From contig OY760175.1 of NCBI GenBank assembly GCA_963663165.1, positions 3,424,001 through 3,488,000 of the forward strand: a stretch of 64,000 nt of DNA. The letters are read 5' to 3'. Below the pieces are notes generated by a model. It ran no database searches. It saw only the letters and a list, made by a program, of their open reading frames with translations, and was not told the DNA's origin. Source of the DNA: an uncultured Desulfospira sp. GTDB lineage: Bacteria > Desulfobacterota > Desulfobacteria > Desulfobacterales > Desulfobacteraceae. The position numbers were made by a program, and so were the translations under genes. Position 1 is the first letter of the stretch. Every line of letters begins with the position of its first letter. Positions 51,278 through 60,026 of this stretch are shown here, piece by piece.

Positions 51278-51973
51278 ATGAGATCCCTTCAAACCATGAA
51301 CCTGAAACCTATATTTATTGTCCTGTGCCTGATTCTGACCGCCCTGCCGTCATTGTCCGGCACCGGGTTTGCCGATGCCGGCCTGAAATATGCCGTCTTA
51401 AACAACCTTGAACAAAAATATTCAGGGTCCAGTTTCTCGGCAACATTTTCACAGATATCCACCCTTAAGGTGCTGGACATTGAGGAAACCGCCGCCGGCA
51501 AAGTCTGGTTTTCCCACCCGGGAAAAATGCGCTGGCAGTATGAAACCCCTGACCGGCATGAAATTATTGCCAACGGAAAAGATGTCTGGATCTTTCGGCC
51601 CGAAGAAAACCAGGTCATGGAAGGCAGTGCCCCGGATTTTTTCAAATCAGGCGCCGGTGCCGCCTTTTTATCGGACATTAACCTGATCCGGGAAAATTAT
51701 GTCATTGCCATCCTTAAAGAAGATGCCGGGCTGGTGGAACTGGAACTGACACCCAAAACCTGTCCTTCCTGCCCTGCCGGTACAGATGAGGATGTTGCCA
51801 CCATCAATATCCGGGTGTCTGTCCCTGATTATGAAATCTTAAAAGTAACCACCATCAATATCCATGGGGACACCACCTCATTTGAATTTGGAAAAATTCA
51901 ATTTACCCCCATCGAACCAAGCCTGTTTGATTTCAAAATCCCGGAAGGGACCAGTGTTATTCAGATGAACTGA
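51278..51973 (+). CDS. lolA: Outer-membrane lipoprotein carrier LolA family
   Basis: Signal peptide; A.FSQ, G.VWF..PGKMRWQY..P, NG..VW...PE.NQV, and F.F.IPEG motifs. Confidence 0.85.
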   Translation: MRSLQTMNLKPIFIVLCLILTALPSLSGTGFADAGLKYAVLNNLEQKYSGSSFSATFSQISTLKVLDIEETAAGKVWFSHPGKMRWQYETPDRHEIIANGKDVWIFRPEENQVMEGSAPDFFKSGAGAAFLSDINLIRENYVIAILKEDAGLVELELTPKTCPSCPAGTDEDVATINIRVSVPDYEILKVTTINIHGDTTSFEFGKIQFTPIEPSLFDFKIPEGTSVIQMN

Positions 51974-51975
51974 AG

Positions 51976-52055
51976 GGAGAACGGACACCGGAAAACCGCA
52001 GACCGGATGCCGAATCCGGACGTATGCGGCATCCGGTCTCCCGTTTCCGGTCTCC
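51976..52055. terminator. Long GC-rich hairpin between convergent lolA and yebC
   Basis: AGACCGGATGCCG/CGGCATCCGGTCT core with outer ACCGGAAA/TTTCCGGT and GGAGA/TCTCC arms. Confidence 0.6.
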
Positions 52056-52061
52056 ATAAAG

Positions 52062-52805
52062 TTACATGGATTCGTATACCTCATCGGGGATATCCGCATT
52101 GGTATAAAACTGCTGGACATCATCACAGTCATCCAGCATTTCCATGAATCGGACGGTCTGCTCGGCTTCTTTGCCTTCAAGCTTGGTCATGTTCTGGGGA
52201 AGCATGGTGATTTCAGCGACCTGACAGGGAATCTGTGCTTCGTCCACAGCCTCCTTGACCACCTCAAAATCGGCCGGGTCAGTGATAATTTCAAAGACAT
52301 CTCCCTCGTCCTTGATATCCTCAGCGCCAGCCTCTAAAGCCACTTCCATCAAGGTATCTTCGGTTGCGTCCGTCTTGCTGACCGAAATCAGCCCTTTTTT
52401 ATCAAACATCCAGGAGACGCAGCCGTCCGTGCCCACATTGCCCCCGGCTTTGTTGAAGATGTAACGGACATCGGCAATGGTCCGGTTCTTGTTGTCGGTG
52501 AGGCACTCTACCAGAACCGCTACGCCGCCGGGACCGTACCCTTCATACATGATTTCCTCGTAATTGACCCCTTCAAGCTCCCCGGTGCCTTTTTTAATGG
52601 CCCGCTCAAAGTTGTCCTTGGGCATGTTCTGGGCCTTGGCTGCGATAATGGCCTGCCTGAGCCTGGGGTTGGTTTCAGGGTCTCCCCCTCCCATCCGGGC
52701 TGCCACGGTAATTTCCTTGATCAGCTTGGTAAAAATCTTACCCCGCTTTTTATCCGCAGCCCCTTTCTTGTGTTTTATGGTTGACCACTTGCTGTGTCCT
52801 GACAT
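52062..52805 (-). CDS. yebC: YebC/PmpR family protein
   Basis: [22 protein letters not shown] and TDNKNRT motifs. Confidence 0.97.
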   Translation of the reverse strand: MSGHSKWSTIKHKKGAADKKRGKIFTKLIKEITVAARMGGGDPETNPRLRQAIIAAKAQNMPKDNFERAIKKGTGELEGVNYEEIMYEGYGPGGVAVLVECLTDNKNRTIADVRYIFNKAGGNVGTDGCVSWMFDKKGLISVSKTDATEDTLMEVALEAGAEDIKDEGDVFEIITDPADFEVVKEAVDEAQIPCQVAEITMLPQNMTKLEGKEAEQTVRFMEMLDDCDDVQQFYTNADIPDEVYESM

Positions 52806-52815
52806 GGATTCCTCC

Positions 52816-53427
52816 TTATTTTTTACCCTTGGCTATAATATATATTTCTTTACTCTGTTTTCTGCAACTTTCCGGCTTAAAAATCCGGCATTCTTTGAAT
52901 AATTGTTTTACACCCTTTTCAAATGCCTTGAATTCGTTGCCCTGGAATATTTTGCAGACAAAATTTCCATTGGGTGCCAGATACTGCCCGGCCGTATCCA
53001 AGGCCATCCGGCACAACTCAAACGATCTTAACGCATCCACGTCTTTTCTGCCCGTGGTGGCCGGGGCCATGTCGGAAAGAACCACCCGGCAATTTGAAAT
53101 ATTCTCTAAAAACTGAGGGTCTTCCAGGTTGAGTATATTGTCCTGGACCGCAGTGACGTTTTCCGGAAGCTTGATGTCCACTGTTTTTAAGTCAATGCCA
53201 AAAACCCGGCCCTGATGTCCCACTTTTTTGGCAGCGTACAACAACCAGGAACCCGGCGCGCAGCCCAGGTCCAAAACCGTATCCCCCGGGGTTATCACCT
53301 TGAACTTCTGGTCTATTTCTTCCAGCTTATACACCGATCTTGCCGGGTAGTTTTCCGCTTTTGCCCGCTGGGTCAAATGATCGGCCCACTGGCCGCCTTT
53401 TTTGGGGGCCGGCCTTTTTTTAGCCAT
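52816..53427 (-). CDS. rlmE: 23S rRNA Um2552 2'-O-methyltransferase RlmE/FtsJ
   Basis: [24 protein letters not shown], and KP..CR..S.EIY motifs. Start placed at MAKKRP. Confidence 0.95.
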   Translation of the reverse strand: MAKKRPAPKKGGQWADHLTQRAKAENYPARSVYKLEEIDQKFKVITPGDTVLDLGCAPGSWLLYAAKKVGHQGRVFGIDLKTVDIKLPENVTAVQDNILNLEDPQFLENISNCRVVLSDMAPATTGRKDVDALRSFELCRMALDTAGQYLAPNGNFVCKIFQGNEFKAFEKGVKQLFKECRIFKPESCRKQSKEIYIIAKGKK

Positions 53428-54793
53428 TGAACAATACCTCCACGGCACTTTTCAGAAAGCTGATGCTTTCGATGCCCATGCCCTTGATTTTAGACAGCTG
53501 TTTCATGGAGGCGGTGGGCACCAGGCAGGTGGTAAACCCCATCTTGGCCGCTTCCTTGATTCTGGCCTGGGCGTGGCTGACCGCCCGGATTTCCCCGGTC
53601 AGCCCGATTTCCCCGATTAAGGTGGTTTCCTTGGCCACGGGCCTGTCCAGAAAACTTGAGGCCAGGGCCGCCGCAATGGCAAGGTCTGCCGAAGGCTCCA
53701 GTATCCGGACCCCGCCGGTGACGTTCATAAAAACATCCAGGCCGGACAGGTTCATGCCCAGCCGTTTTTCCATGACCGCCATTATCAACGAAACCCGGTT
53801 GGCATCCAGACCCAGGACGGTCCGTCTCGGGGTGCCCAGGCCGGAGCTGGACACCAGGCCCTGGATTTCCACCAGAATGGGCCGGGTCCCTTCCATGCAC
53901 GAAGTGACCACAGACCCCGGAGAAGCCGTGGACCGCTCAGACAAAAAAACCGCAGACGGATTAGGGACCTCCATGAGCCCCTGCTCTCTCATCTCAAAGA
54001 CCCCGATCTCGTTGGTGGAACCGAACCGGTTCTTCACAGCCCGCAAGATCCTGAAAATATGGCTTTTATCCCCTTCAAAGTAAAGGACCGTATCCACCAT
54101 ATGTTCCATGATCCTAGGCCCTGCAATGGCACCGCCCTTGGTGACATGGCCCACCAGAAAAATGGGAACCCCGGTGGATTTGGCAAGCCGCATGAACTGC
54201 ATGGCCGCTTCCCGGATCTGGGTGACACTGCCCGGGGTGGAGTTGATTTCCGGATGAAACACGGTCTGAATAGAGTCAATGACCACGGCATCATACCGCT
54301 CTTTTTCCACAAGGGCCAAGATGGTTTCCAGATCGGTTTCAGATACCACAAACAGGGTAGACGCCCCGGCACCCAGCCGTTTTCCCCGCATGGAAATCTG
54401 CCTTATAGACTCTTCTCCTGAAACGTAGAGGCATTTTTTCTGGGACTTACTCAACACCGAGACCACCTGAAGCATCAAGGTGGATTTTCCGATCCCGGGG
54501 TCCCCGCCAATGAGAACCAGGGAGCCGTCCACCAGGCCGCCGCCCAGGACCCGGTCAAATTCGGTAATCCCTGTTTTAAGGCGCTGGGATTCACTGGCAT
54601 CCACTGAAGTGATGGGAACCGGACTTGCTCCCAGCACCTTCTGGGGTTTGCCGGATCCAACGGTTTTTTCTTCCACCAGGGAATCCCAGGTCCCGCAATC
54701 CGGACACTGCCCCATCCACTTGGGATGCTGTGCCCCGCACTCCCGGCACCTGAATATGAGTTTACCTTTTTTTTTCAATCCCTTACAACCCAT
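53420..54793 (-). CDS. radA: DNA repair protein RadA/Sms
   Basis: CRECG...W.GQCPDC, GDPGIGKSTL and KNRFG motifs; Lon-like C-terminus. Confidence 0.98.
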   Translation of the reverse strand: MGCKGLKKKGKLIFRCRECGAQHPKWMGQCPDCGTWDSLVEEKTVGSGKPQKVLGASPVPITSVDASESQRLKTGITEFDRVLGGGLVDGSLVLIGGDPGIGKSTLMLQVVSVLSKSQKKCLYVSGEESIRQISMRGKRLGAGASTLFVVSETDLETILALVEKERYDAVVIDSIQTVFHPEINSTPGSVTQIREAAMQFMRLAKSTGVPIFLVGHVTKGGAIAGPRIMEHMVDTVLYFEGDKSHIFRILRAVKNRFGSTNEIGVFEMREQGLMEVPNPSAVFLSERSTASPGSVVTSCMEGTRPILVEIQGLVSSSGLGTPRRTVLGLDANRVSLIMAVMEKRLGMNLSGLDVFMNVTGGVRILEPSADLAIAAALASSFLDRPVAKETTLIGEIGLTGEIRAVSHAQARIKEAAKMGFTTCLVPTASMKQLSKIKGMGIESISFLKSAVEVLFNG

Positions 54794-54993
54794 TATGTCT
54801 TTTTAAAAAACAAAGAACTATACCACTTTATGCCTGCCGGTTCAAGATAGGGTTTGATGGAAAGGATGGAGACCGGAATCTGTAATTCCGGGTTTATTTT
54901 TTAAATGCGATTGTCTTGCTGCCCTCTTGTTTCTTAGATTTTGACAGGCTACAATGCGGCCCGGACCACACTTATTAAGAAAGGCAAAAAAAA

Positions 54994-55215
54994 ATGGCCA
55001 AAACCATTCAGGTTGTTCTGACACAGGAACCCACAGAGCTGTGCAAAATTCTTAAATTTGAAAACCTGGTCATGAGCGGGGGTGAGGCCAAGCAGTTTAT
55101 TGCCCAGGGGCTTGTCCAGGTCAATAATGAAGTTGAAACCCGGAAGCGAAGAAAAATCTATTCAGGGGATACCATTGAATTTAACGGGATCCTCCTGGAA
55201 ATGACAACTGATTAA
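54994..55215 (+). CDS. S4-domain RNA-binding protein (YbcJ/YaaA-like)
   Basis: L.K.LK....SGGEAK..I..G.V.VN.EVETRKRRK motif. Confidence 0.9.
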   Translation: MAKTIQVVLTQEPTELCKILKFENLVMSGGEAKQFIAQGLVQVNNEVETRKRRKIYSGDTIEFNGILLEMTTD

Positions 55216-55223
55216 ACCCGTTA

Positions 55224-55835
55224 ATGTGCCATGGTATCCAGATGAATGACTGCGTGGATTTTGATAAAATAGTTGAATATGCCTTAGGATTGGGGGTAAG
55301 CGACGTCAAGCTGATCTCCCCGGACCTTGTTCCCATTAACCAGAAGTTTGCCGATTTCTGCCAGGAGCCGGGATGCCCGTGTTTTGGCTTGTCAATGAGC
55401 TGCCCGCCCCATGTGGCGGGGCCTGACTGGTTCCGTGAAAAGATAAAGGAGTATGGACGAATTCTGGTTTTCAAGTATGATGTACCGTCTTCGTCCCTGC
55501 TGGGCAATGAGCGGATCGGCCTGATGGGGCTCACCCATGAAACCGCCGCAGCCATTGAACTGTTTGCCCAAAAAAATGGCTGTGAAAATGCCATTGGCTA
55601 TGCCGGCGGGGGGTGCAAGGAAATTTTTTGCAGTGACCATGCCAACTGCCGGGTCCTCCATGAAAAGGGGGAATGCCGCAATCCTGAAAAGGCCCGGCAG
55701 TCCATGTCAGGCATGGGGGTAAATTTTTTGAAGCTGACCAAATCTGTTGGATGGGAGATGAAAATTATTACCCGGCATACCGATACCAAGGCGGTGCCCA
55801 TGGGGATGGTCGCCGGAATGGTCCTGCTCAAATAG
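55224..55835 (+). CDS. DUF2284-like Cys-rich metal-binding protein
   Basis: C...CP.FG...SCPP, GGC...C....C.....C..P..AR.SM..MG motifs. Confidence 0.75.
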   Translation: MCHGIQMNDCVDFDKIVEYALGLGVSDVKLISPDLVPINQKFADFCQEPGCPCFGLSMSCPPHVAGPDWFREKIKEYGRILVFKYDVPSSSLLGNERIGLMGLTHETAAAIELFAQKNGCENAIGYAGGGCKEIFCSDHANCRVLHEKGECRNPEKARQSMSGMGVNFLKLTKSVGWEMKIITRHTDTKAVPMGMVAGMVLLK

Positions 55836-55882
55836 TGTTTGTCCGGCCCGTTAAAAAGATCTGATCCAAAAAAGGAGAAAAA

Positions 55883-57001
55883 ATGAACCAAAATACCGCA
55901 GCAGTTCATGAAGGAACCTTAAAAGAGCCCAAAACCGGCGGTGTCAATACGCCCATTTATACGTCGTCGGCCTACGAATATATGGGCAGGGAAGAGAGCC
56001 TGTATCCCCGGTATTTTAATCTTCCCAATCAAAGGGCTGTGGAAGAAAAAATTGCCGCCCTGGAACATGGGGAAATGGGGCTGGTATTCTCGTCAGGCAT
56101 GGGGGCCATGTCCTGCGCCATCCTGGCCCATGCCGGGGCCGGGGATCATGTGGTCATGCTGGATGCCCTGTACGGGGGAACCCATCATTTTGCCACGGAG
56201 TGGTTTGATCATTTTGGCATCGGATGCACCTTTACAAAAACAAGTGCCCAGGATGTGATCGCCGGGGCGACGCCGGCCACAACGGTGATGGTGATTGAAT
56301 CTCCGACAAACCCGCTTCTGGCCGTGACAGACATTCAAAAAATTGCCGAATTTGCCCGGGCAAAAAACATTACCACCATATTTGACAACACCTTTGCCAC
56401 GCCGGTGAATCAGACCCCCCTGGACCTGGGCATTGACATTGTGGTCCACTCCGGCACCAAATACCTGGGCGGCCATTCGGACATGTGCTGTGGTGCTGCG
56501 GCAGGGTCCTTTAAAAAAATGGAAAAGGTGTTAAACCTGGCAAGGGTTCTGGGTCCGAGCCTGGACCCAAGGCTTTGTTATCTTCTGGAAAGAAGCATGA
56601 AGACCCTGGTGGTGAGGGTAAGGGCCCAGACCGACAATGCCCTGGCCCTGGCCCGCTTTCTGTCCGGCCATCCCGGCGTGGCCCGGGTGAACTATCCGGG
56701 GCTTGAAACAGACCCGGGGTATGACATCGCCTGCCGGCAAATGAATGGTTTCGGGGCCATGCTCTCCTTTGAACTCAAGGACAGGAATCCGGAAAAATTT
56801 CTTTCGGCCTTAACCATCATTACCCCAGCGGTCAGCCTGGGCGGGGTTGAAACCACTATCTGTGCCCCCTGTGTGACCTCCCATGTCAAAATGACAAAAG
56901 AGGAACGCCAACGGGTGGGGGTGACCGATGATCTGCTCAGGCTTTCCGCAGGGATTGAGGATATAGCCGATTTAACGGCGGATATCAGCCAGGCCCTTTG
57001 A
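55883..57001 (+). CDS. PLP-dependent Cys/Met metabolism enzyme (cystathionine gamma-synthase/lyase family)
   Basis: FSSGM, ESPTNP, DNTFATP, HSGTKYLGGHSD, SLGG and RLS.GIED motifs. Confidence 0.93.
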   Translation: MNQNTAAVHEGTLKEPKTGGVNTPIYTSSAYEYMGREESLYPRYFNLPNQRAVEEKIAALEHGEMGLVFSSGMGAMSCAILAHAGAGDHVVMLDALYGGTHHFATEWFDHFGIGCTFTKTSAQDVIAGATPATTVMVIESPTNPLLAVTDIQKIAEFARAKNITTIFDNTFATPVNQTPLDLGIDIVVHSGTKYLGGHSDMCCGAAAGSFKKMEKVLNLARVLGPSLDPRLCYLLERSMKTLVVRVRAQTDNALALARFLSGHPGVARVNYPGLETDPGYDIACRQMNGFGAMLSFELKDRNPEKFLSALTIITPAVSLGGVETTICAPCVTSHVKMTKEERQRVGVTDDLLRLSAGIEDIADLTADISQAL

Positions 57002-57070
57002 TATATCCTGATGTGATCCTTGCCTGTGCAGGCGCCGGAATAACGCACCGCACCGGGGCAGCCGGCAATC

Positions 57071-57637
57071 TTACCGGACCAGATTCCGGGCAAATTCAAC
57101 GGCCTGGTCTTTTACGGTGGGGCCCATATTTTCCGGGGTTGTGCAGCCGCCCACAAAAAGTTCTCCGGCATGGACGGACAAGTGGTATTTCTGCATCCGG
57201 CCAAAGGCGGTAAGAGCCTCCTGGGCGTTGTTGTCTTTAGGGCCGGCCCCGGTTATCAGAATGGCCTGGCGCTGACCCTTCACAAGGCTTGCGTGGTTCG
57301 GGGTGTTGGCGTCGGTGTACAGGCTGAATGTCCGGTCGATAACCGCCTTTAGCTGGGCATTCACCCCCCAGAAGTACAATGGGGAAGAAAACACCACGGC
57401 CTGGGACCGAATCATTTTTTCCAGAATGTCAGGGACGTCGTCTTTCTGGACACAGCCCACGGCATCAGGGTTCTGCTTGCACTTACCGCATCCCATGCAT
57501 CCTTTAAGATTTTTTGAATGAAGATAAACGATTTCAACCTCATGCCCCAGTGAAGTCAACTCCTGTTCAACCCATGCCAGTACCTTGGCTGTATTTCCTT
57601 TTTTCCGGGCCCCTCCCTGGAGCAGCAGCGCTTTCAT
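57071..57637 (-). CDS. Flavodoxin-fold iron-sulfur flavoprotein (Isf-like)
   Basis: R..GNT, CMGCGKC......C, and SPLYF....QLK..IDR motifs. Confidence 0.88.
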   Translation of the reverse strand: MKALLLQGGARKKGNTAKVLAWVEQELTSLGHEVEIVYLHSKNLKGCMGCGKCKQNPDAVGCVQKDDVPDILEKMIRSQAVVFSSPLYFWGVNAQLKAVIDRTFSLYTDANTPNHASLVKGQRQAILITGAGPKDNNAQEALTAFGRMQKYHLSVHAGELFVGGCTTPENMGPTVKDQAVEFARNLVR

Positions 57638-57700
57638 TCTTTTCTCCTTTTTTTTAAGTCACTTTATTTTGCATCCCCCAATTTATACCAGACCTTCCGG

Positions 57701-58885
57701 TTAAAAAAGGGTTCCCTGTTCAAATTTATTCCCGGGTTTGTCCTTTGATTTATTTTTGGATTTTCCTTTTCCGTCAGCTTTGACCATGGGGGGAGAGGGG
57801 TCCTGGCTAAGGCCGGCCGGGTCCCGGATAAAATCTTTTTGAGGTGCCGGGTCATACTCAAGTTTAAACGAACCGTCACTTAGTGGCTGAATTGAAACCG
57901 GGGAATTGATTAACAGCTTTTTTTCCTGGGAAGTCATGACCGCAAAGCCATAAGGCTTGTTGATATGCTTGAGAGGGCCTTTTTCTTCCCTGCGCCGGTC
58001 AACAAAGGCCAGATGATTTTCCAGACGGGTTGAGATAACCTCCCCAGCCAGGGAAATGATCCCTTCAGCGGTTTTCCGGACGGCCGGATCAAGGCTTTTA
58101 TCCCGCTCAAACCCCAGGCTGTTCCGCCCGGCGGCCATGGCGGCGGCCATGGTGGTGCCGGTTCCCAGAAACGGGTCCAGAACCAGATCGTTTTTCACCG
58201 AATACATGTTGATCAGGCGGTAGGCCAGTTCAAAGGGAAAGGCCCCGCTTCTTTTCCGGTCTGCCTTATCTTTAAGCTTTTGCACCGTTCCCTTAAGGTC
58301 AAACCAGACATCGGAAAACCAGTTGTTCCGCTCTTCCCAGAACAGGGCGCTCTCATGGCGCAAGAGCTTGTCTTCCTCTGTTCTGAACAATCGCTTGCCG
58401 CCCTTTCTTAAAATCAGAATATACTCATGTTCCAGGGTCACATAGGCCCCGGCCGGCAGCATGCCCGACCCCATGAATTTATTGGGGGCATTGGTCTGTT
58501 TTCGCCAGATAATACAGGGCAGCGGGGTAAACCCCAGGTTAAGGGCAAAAGACAGAATCCGGGCATGGTTGGGGTAAAGGCAGAAATGCTCCCTGATGGT
58601 CCGGGTGGCATCCCCGATATTGATACAGGCAAACCCGCCGGGTTTTAACACCCTGAAACACTCCTCCCAGACCCGGTCCAGAATCTCATGCATGGCTTCA
58701 AACACGGCCTGGCTATCTTTTTTTTTCGTCAACCGTTCAACCTTTGGCGACTGGTCTTTAAAAATCTCGTCCCACATCTCGATCATGGGATAGGGGGGTG
58801 AGGTAACCACCAGGTCCACGCTTTTGTCAGCGAGATCTTTCATGGCAGCGGCGGCAGAGAATATGGGGCTGTGAAGGGTCTGCAT
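57701..58885 (-). CDS. Site-specific DNA methyltransferase, beta class (N4-C/N6-A); no adjacent REase
   Basis: N-terminal catalytic VTSPPY precedes SAM-binding DPFLGTGTT; also FP.EL..RLI. Confidence 0.92.
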   Translation of the reverse strand: MQTLHSPIFSAAAAMKDLADKSVDLVVTSPPYPMIEMWDEIFKDQSPKVERLTKKKDSQAVFEAMHEILDRVWEECFRVLKPGGFACINIGDATRTIREHFCLYPNHARILSFALNLGFTPLPCIIWRKQTNAPNKFMGSGMLPAGAYVTLEHEYILILRKGGKRLFRTEEDKLLRHESALFWEERNNWFSDVWFDLKGTVQKLKDKADRKRSGAFPFELAYRLINMYSVKNDLVLDPFLGTGTTMAAAMAAGRNSLGFERDKSLDPAVRKTAEGIISLAGEVISTRLENHLAFVDRRREEKGPLKHINKPYGFAVMTSQEKKLLINSPVSIQPLSDGSFKLEYDPAPQKDFIRDPAGLSQDPSPPMVKADGKGKSKNKSKDKPGNKFEQGTLF

Positions 58886-58957
58886 AGGAAACTAAAAAAA
58901 AGCCGGGGCCAAAATGAAGGGGACCGGCAAGTTAAGGGTTCATTCAGGTTTAGGTCT

Positions 58958-58989
58958 AAACGGGCGGGGAAACTTCCCCGCCCGTTTTT
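58958..58989. terminator. Intrinsic terminator (bidirectional type) after the Pro-Glu repeat gene
   Basis: AAACGGGCGGGGAA-AC-TTCCCCGCCCGTTTTT. Confidence 0.8.
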
Positions 58990-59002
58990 ATCTGAACACT
59001 AA

Positions 59003-59674
59003 TCAGGGAATGCAGATTTTGCAAGGCTTATACCCGGCATCTTCAGCTTCCTTGCGTGAATTAAATTCCATGGTGCATTTTTTGCTTTTGGCAAATTTAC
59101 AATCCGGCATATGAAAAACAAGAGAATCCGTGTTTCCGACCATCTTTTCACCTTCTGATTCACTGGCCTGGGGTTTGTGCTTGGGCTCAGGCTCGGGTTC
59201 AGGTTCAGGCTCAGGTTCAGGCTCGGGCTCGGGTTCGGGTTCAGGCTCGGGTTCGGGTTCGGGTTCAGGCTCGGGTTCGGGTTCGGGTTCGGGTTCAGGC
59301 TCGGGTTCAGGCTCGGGTTCGGGTTCAGGCTCGGGTTCAGGCTCGGGCTCGGGTTCGGGTTCGGGTTCAGGCTCGGGTTCAGGTTCAGGCTCGGGTTCGG
59401 GTTCGGGTTCAGGCTCGGGCTCGGGTTCAGGTTCAGGCTCAGGTTCGGGTTCAGGCTCGGGTTCGGGTTGCGGTTCAGGTTCAGGTTCGGGTTCGGGTCT
59501 GTTTTCTTTTTCTGTTTTCAGGGTTTCGTATCCCAGGTAGCAGGCCAGAGCGCCCCCCAGGATGAGCAGAATCGGAACGGTGCCTATAAGAACGCTGCCC
59601 AGTGACGGCAGAAAAATTGCCAAACAAGGTACCCCGATCACCAATGCCAATGCTCCGACGATAATTGTTTTCAT
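59003..59674 (-). CDS. Membrane-anchored protein: two TM helices, (Pro-Glu)x~52 linker, C-terminal Ada-type metal-binding domain
   Basis: GGAGG SD before MKTIIVG; C-terminal [14 protein letters not shown]...[17 protein letters not shown]. Confidence 0.85.
   Translation of the reverse strand: MKTIIVGALALVIGVPCLAIFLPSLGSVLIGTVPILLILGGALACYLGYETLKTEKENRPEPEPEPEPQPEPEPEPEPEPEPEPEPEPEPEPEPEPEPEPEPEPEPEPEPEPEPEPEPEPEPEPEPEPEPEPEPEPEPEPEPEPEPEPEPEPEPEPEPEPEPEPKHKPQASESEGEKMVGNTDSLVFHMPDCKFAKSKKCTMEFNSRKEAEDAGYKPCKICIP
59184..59495. repeat. Tandem hexamer repeat GGYTCR x ~52 (encodes Pro-Glu on the minus strand)
   Basis: 312 bp of GGTTCG/GGTTCA/GGCTCG/GGCTCA units with one GGTTGC variant. Confidence 0.95.
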
Positions 59675-59797
59675 GGTCCTCCACATTTATTTTAAGAACA
59701 TTTTTAAGAAATTCCCGAAAATACCGGGACTTAATCATATTATTCTTTGCTGCGGCCGGTCTCCGAAGCTGGTCCCGGGCCGATTGAGACTATTTCA

Positions 59798-59888
59798 TAT
59801 GAAAGCCATCATGAATGAGCTTAAAAGACTTTCATTTTTCGTTGAGGACCGAATGCTTGACTGGATAGCCAAAAACGGTCCATGACCG
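59798..59888 (-). mobile_element. Repeat family B copy 5
   Basis: Reverse complement reads TAA-CGGTCATGGACCG...TTGGCTATCCAGTCAAG...ATGAAAGTC...GGCTTTCATA-TGA. Confidence 0.78.
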
Positions 59889-60026
59889 TTAAAAAGTTAG
59901 AAAAGTCTGTTAACTTTCTTTTATGAAACTTAAAGGGATTTTGTCAAGGAAGCAAGCGGTCAGGGGCACTTTTCTTAAGTTTTTTCTCGACAACACCGGT
60001 TGCCATCTCCTGTCCGCGATGACTTT

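Noticed and set aside
59130..59605. Plus-strand ORFs encoding (GS)n and (GFRL)n
   Set aside because: These are shadow frames of the stop-free hexamer repeat. The minus-strand frame has an SD, TM helices and a recognisable C-terminal domain.
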